A stretch of 54,186 nucleotides of DNA, taken from a virus. Taxonomy: Duplodnaviria; Caudoviricetes. Position numbers and translations under genes: made by a program. Within the stretch, counting starts at the first letter, position 1, and each line of letters opens with the position of its first letter. The notes under the pieces are model-generated. The model made no database searches. It worked only from the letters and a program-made list of their open reading frames with translations, and had not been told where the DNA came from. This document shows positions 51,511-54,186 of this stretch, piece after piece. Location: the IMG/VR virus record IMGVR_UViG_3300022744_000034, positions 1 through 54,186 of that record; one strand, written 5' to 3'.

Positions 51511-51852
51511 ATGACTTGCCACTACTGCGGGGAATACGACACGCGCTCGATAGACGACGAGCGCGTGTGCATTTACTGCTTCGAACATCTGCAGAATGTT
51601 CAGAATGTTCAGAAAGACGACAGGAAAGGATTCATCGACGCTAGGCTTCAGAAACTCTACGACCTGCTTGTCGTGGCGCAGTCGCCTTCACCCTACATCA
51701 AGGGTTGGGTGGAAAGCGTTGTGCGCCGGCTGGCCTTTCTTCGACACGCAGCATCTGTTGCAGTGACTGTTGAGAAGGTCGAGGTTGTCGCACCTGCTGC
51801 ACCTGCCAAGAAGTCCGCCCCGCTAAAACTAAAGATCAAGAAGTTTCGATGA
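51511..51852 (+). CDS. Zinc-finger hypothetical protein with basic tail
   Basis: CHYC...CIYC; AGGAGA RBS. Confidence 0.7.
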   Translation: MTCHYCGEYDTRSIDDERVCIYCFEHLQNVQNVQKDDRKGFIDARLQKLYDLLVVAQSPSPYIKGWVESVVRRLAFLRHAASVAVTVEKVEVVAPAAPAKKSAPLKLKIKKFR

Positions 51853-52148
51853 TGGAGACGATGAACCTTGAAGAGGCGGCGGCGTTCCTGAAGCTGCACC
51901 CGACCACGCTTTCCGAGATGGCGCGGCGCAAGGAAGTTCCATGTGCCAAGCCCGGAAAGCGTTACGTTTTCATCAAGGAAGACCTGGTCGGCTGGATCAG
52001 GTCTTCGTACAAACAGGAGTCAGTGCAATGCCCATCTTCCTCCGAGGCGGTGTCTATTGGATCGATATTCGTCACGGCAAAAAGCGTGTCCGCAAAACTA
52101 CAGGGACTTCGGTCGAAGCCGACGCGCAGCGGCTACACGATGAACTGA
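51849..52148 (+). CDS. xis: Excisionase-like HTH protein
   Basis: MNLEEAAAFLKLHPTTL...PCAKPGKRYVF..EDL..W; overlaps int. Confidence 0.75.
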   Translation: MMETMNLEEAAAFLKLHPTTLSEMARRKEVPCAKPGKRYVFIKEDLVGWIRSSYKQESVQCPSSSEAVSIGSIFVTAKSVSAKLQGLRSKPTRSGYTMN

Positions 52149-53044
52149 AGGCTGCGCTCTGGAAGAGTGAAAAACTCGGGGCGCCGCTACCCTACACGTT
52201 CGCCCAGGCCGTCGACAAGTGGGTCGATGAGCACAGCAGCAAGCGATCGATTGCGACGGACGCCTTCCGCCTCACCTGGCTGATTGACCATATCGGCGAT
52301 ACCAAACTCGTCGACATCGACGAGCGCGTCGTCGAGGGGCTGATCACGGCGAAGAAAAAGGAGAAGCGGCGGGGTGGGGCGGTCAGCAATGCTACCGTCA
52401 ATCGCCATCTTTCAGCCCTGTCCGTGGTGCTCAAGGCGGCGGTCAAGTGGAAGTGGCTGGAGCGCGTGCCCCCGATCCGGCGCCTCGGTGAGTCGCTACC
52501 CACGCCCCGGTTCTACAGCCGCGAGCAGGTCGTGGCGCTAGTCAGCCACCTGCCGATGCTTCACGCCAGCATCTTTTCCTTCGCCCTGGCTACCGGGCAA
52601 CGCGCAGCAAACGTCCTGTCCCTGAAGTGGGAGCAGGTCGACATCGAGAACGCCTGCTTCTGGATCATGGGCGAAGACTTCAAGAACAAGGCAGCCCACA
52701 ATGTGCCGCTGAACGCGGACGCGCTCGCTGTCCTGCACCTGATGGCGGGCGAGAACGATACCTACGTCTTCGCCGGGCGGGGCGGCAGGCCGCTCAAGCG
52801 CATCAGCGGCGAGGCGTGGTACGGGGCGATGGGCAAGGCCGGCATCCCGCATGGGCAACGCAAAGGTTTCACCTTCCACCACACTCGCCACACATGGGCG
52901 AGTTTTCACACTATGAACGGCACGCCGAAGGAGGCGTTGCTGGCGCTGGGCGGATGGAAGACTGCGGCGATGGTCGAGCGCTACGCCCACCTTGCCCCAG
53001 GGTTTGCAGCCCAGTACGCGAACAACACCAAGATCAACCGTTAA
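52028..53044 (+). CDS. int: Tyrosine integrase
   Basis: Arm-binding N-terminus (YWIDI...RKTTGT); catalytic R (TGQR), K, HxxR (HHTRH), W (GGW), Y (RYAH). Confidence 0.92.
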   Translation: MPIFLRGGVYWIDIRHGKKRVRKTTGTSVEADAQRLHDELKAALWKSEKLGAPLPYTFAQAVDKWVDEHSSKRSIATDAFRLTWLIDHIGDTKLVDIDERVVEGLITAKKKEKRRGGAVSNATVNRHLSALSVVLKAAVKWKWLERVPPIRRLGESLPTPRFYSREQVVALVSHLPMLHASIFSFALATGQRAANVLSLKWEQVDIENACFWIMGEDFKNKAAHNVPLNADALAVLHLMAGENDTYVFAGRGGRPLKRISGEAWYGAMGKAGIPHGQRKGFTFHHTRHTWASFHTMNGTPKEALLALGGWKTAAMVERYAHLAPGFAAQYANNTKINR

Positions 53045-53049
53045 ACTTG

Positions 53050-53297
53050 GTAGACACAAAATGGCCACACCCCTCGGCGTGGCCATTGATTTATAAGGGC
53101 TTTCAGCCTTATCGCACTGGATTTAGGTTCCAGCGCCGCAAGGCGTGAGAGTTCGAGTCTCTTTCCCCGCACCACTTTAGAATCAACAACTTAGCTCGAT
53201 TACGTAGTCTGTAAGCAGAGCCAGAAAGTTGTCAGACTGAGACCAAATATGGCCGTGTTGGGCACAGTTTGGTCACAGTCGGACACAGTTTGGGCAC
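53050..53297 (+). mobile_element. attP: core is the 3' 62 nt of tRNA-Leu(UAG) (53113-53174), with an IHF site and arm-type repeats
   Basis: CGCACTGGATTTAGGTTCCAGCGCCGCAAGGCGTGAGAGTTCGAGTCTCTTTCCCCGCACCA without the 5' acceptor strand; AATCAACAACTTA (53181-53193) matches WATCAANNNNTTR; GGNCACAGTY at 53260, 53271, 53281. Confidence 0.85.
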
Positions 53298-53302
53298 TCG
53301 CC

Positions 53303-54186
53303 TCAGACCCGCAACACGGACACGCTGTGCTTCTGCAGGCTCAACAGGCTGCTTCTCGACGACTCCAACTCGATCGTCAGTTGCGTATCCCCCGGAGGGA
53401 CGAGTTGCTCAGGCGGCGTGAATGCTGTGGTATGCAGGGCCGTGCCCTTGATGATGTAAAGGTCCTGAATGTAGCCTGCGTACTCATTTGTTGTAGTGTT
53501 GTTGGCGCCAACATACACGATGTTCTGAACGGCGTTGTATGCCGCAAGGCTCCCGCTCGCAGCAAGTGCGCCATTCAAGAACAGGTACCAGTTAGAGCCG
53601 CTGCGGTTTACCTCAAGGTGGTGCCAAGCGTCCTGAGTGACTGCCCCAGCAGTTGCGGCAACCACAGTCGTGTATCCGGCCGAATACGTAGCTAGGTAGG
53701 GGGCACACTCATTGGCGACACCCGCGTTAGCATAAAGCCAAAGGCCGCCGTTAGTGTTGTCGTTTCCGAACTGGACCAACCTTTGGTACGTTTGCGCATC
53801 GCCCGACTTCTTGTTGAACCACATCCCGATCGTGAAGTCGCCCGTGCCGAGGTTGAAGTCGGCGTGAGACGCGGCACTCAACCTATCGCCGGACCCATCG
53901 AAATACCCGCTCGAACCGTAGTATTTGCTCGTACTTGTTACTGTTACCGCACCACTTCGAGTAATGGTTTTCGGCACAGTGGAGTAATCAGTGAACGCAG
54001 TGCCGTTATTTGCCCCGAACATGGGCAGCAGCAGGGCGATTGTGCCCGACAGCGAGGTGCTGGCCTGCGTGTACGTGTACGTCGTCCCGGACAAGCCCGA
54101 GAGCGATCTGCGTAACACACCTCCGTCCCCGTAGACTCGCAGATTGTATGTTGTTCCTGCCTCCGGGCCGATGTTCCCCGCAGTGG
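53303..54186 (-). CDS. C-terminus of a tail tip/host-specificity protein containing a LamG domain (5' end outside the window)
   Basis: Frame open to the edge (TAGNIGPEAGTTYNLRVYGDGGVLRR...); SGYFDGSGD, GDFTI..W, WHH....RSG...LFLNG, GYIQD..I.KGTA...FTPP. Confidence 0.75.
   Translation of the reverse strand, partial: TAGNIGPEAGTTYNLRVYGDGGVLRRSLSGLSGTTYTYTQASTSLSGTIALLLPMFGANNGTAFTDYSTVPKTITRSGAVTVTSTSKYYGSSGYFDGSGDRLSAASHADFNLGTGDFTIGMWFNKKSGDAQTYQRLVQFGNDNTNGGLWLYANAGVANECAPYLATYSAGYTTVVAATAGAVTQDAWHHLEVNRSGSNWYLFLNGALAASGSLAAYNAVQNIVYVGANNTTTNEYAGYIQDLYIIKGTALHTTAFTPPEQLVPPGDTQLTIELESSRSSLLSLQKHSVSVLRV

Noticed and set aside
53043-53174. Complete or intron-split tRNA-Leu (TTGGTAGAC at 53047 resembles a D-loop)
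   Set aside because: No 5' acceptor strand (GCGGGG.) precedes it; that DNA is the end of int. A 3' fragment next to an integrase is better explained as the attP core.
1-54186. Genome-wide TAG reassignment suggested by the CUA tRNA-like gene
   Set aside because: All recognisable genes are full length in code 11, and TAG ends complete proteins such as the DNA polymerase.
53303-54186. Diversity-generating retroelement target
   Set aside because: No reverse transcriptase and no template/variable repeat pair seen in the window.

Overview
The window is a contiguous piece of a temperate tailed dsDNA phage genome; no bacterial housekeeping DNA is visible. Left arm (1-14.8 kb, minus strand): an RHH protein, a 4-HTH regulator, small and large terminase, an HNH gene, PhoH, a cluster of probable virion-accessory genes (including a 17x His-x-His repeat protein) and a portal-like gene cut by the left edge. 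A Hef-like homing endonuclease is inserted on the plus strand. A divergent promoter/operator region at 14.2-15.1 kb leads into a rightward early region (15.2-31.6 kb) of small genes, including ArdA, an M28 peptidase, a PEP-CTERM mini-protein and a tRNA-like gene with a possible CUA anticodon. A replication/nucleotide module follows: SNF2 helicase, primase-helicase, SSB-like protein, HNH, DEDDh exonuclease, C5 methyltransferase with a nested second frame, MazG, dNMP kinase, TraR/DksA, 5'-nuclease-PolB fusion, RecU-like nuclease, ligase, SbcCD, dCMP deaminase and ThyX. After these come xis-int, an intact attP carrying the 3' 62 nt of a tRNA-Leu(UAG), and the end of a converging tail-tip gene at the right edge. 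The most striking unexplained element is about 1 kb of non-coding DNA packed with nested helices (15.87-16.88 kb) directly behind the first early gene, a candidate large structured ncRNA. Several smaller structured intergenic elements also occur. All product calls are by-eye motif recognition; no database searches or folding programs were run.
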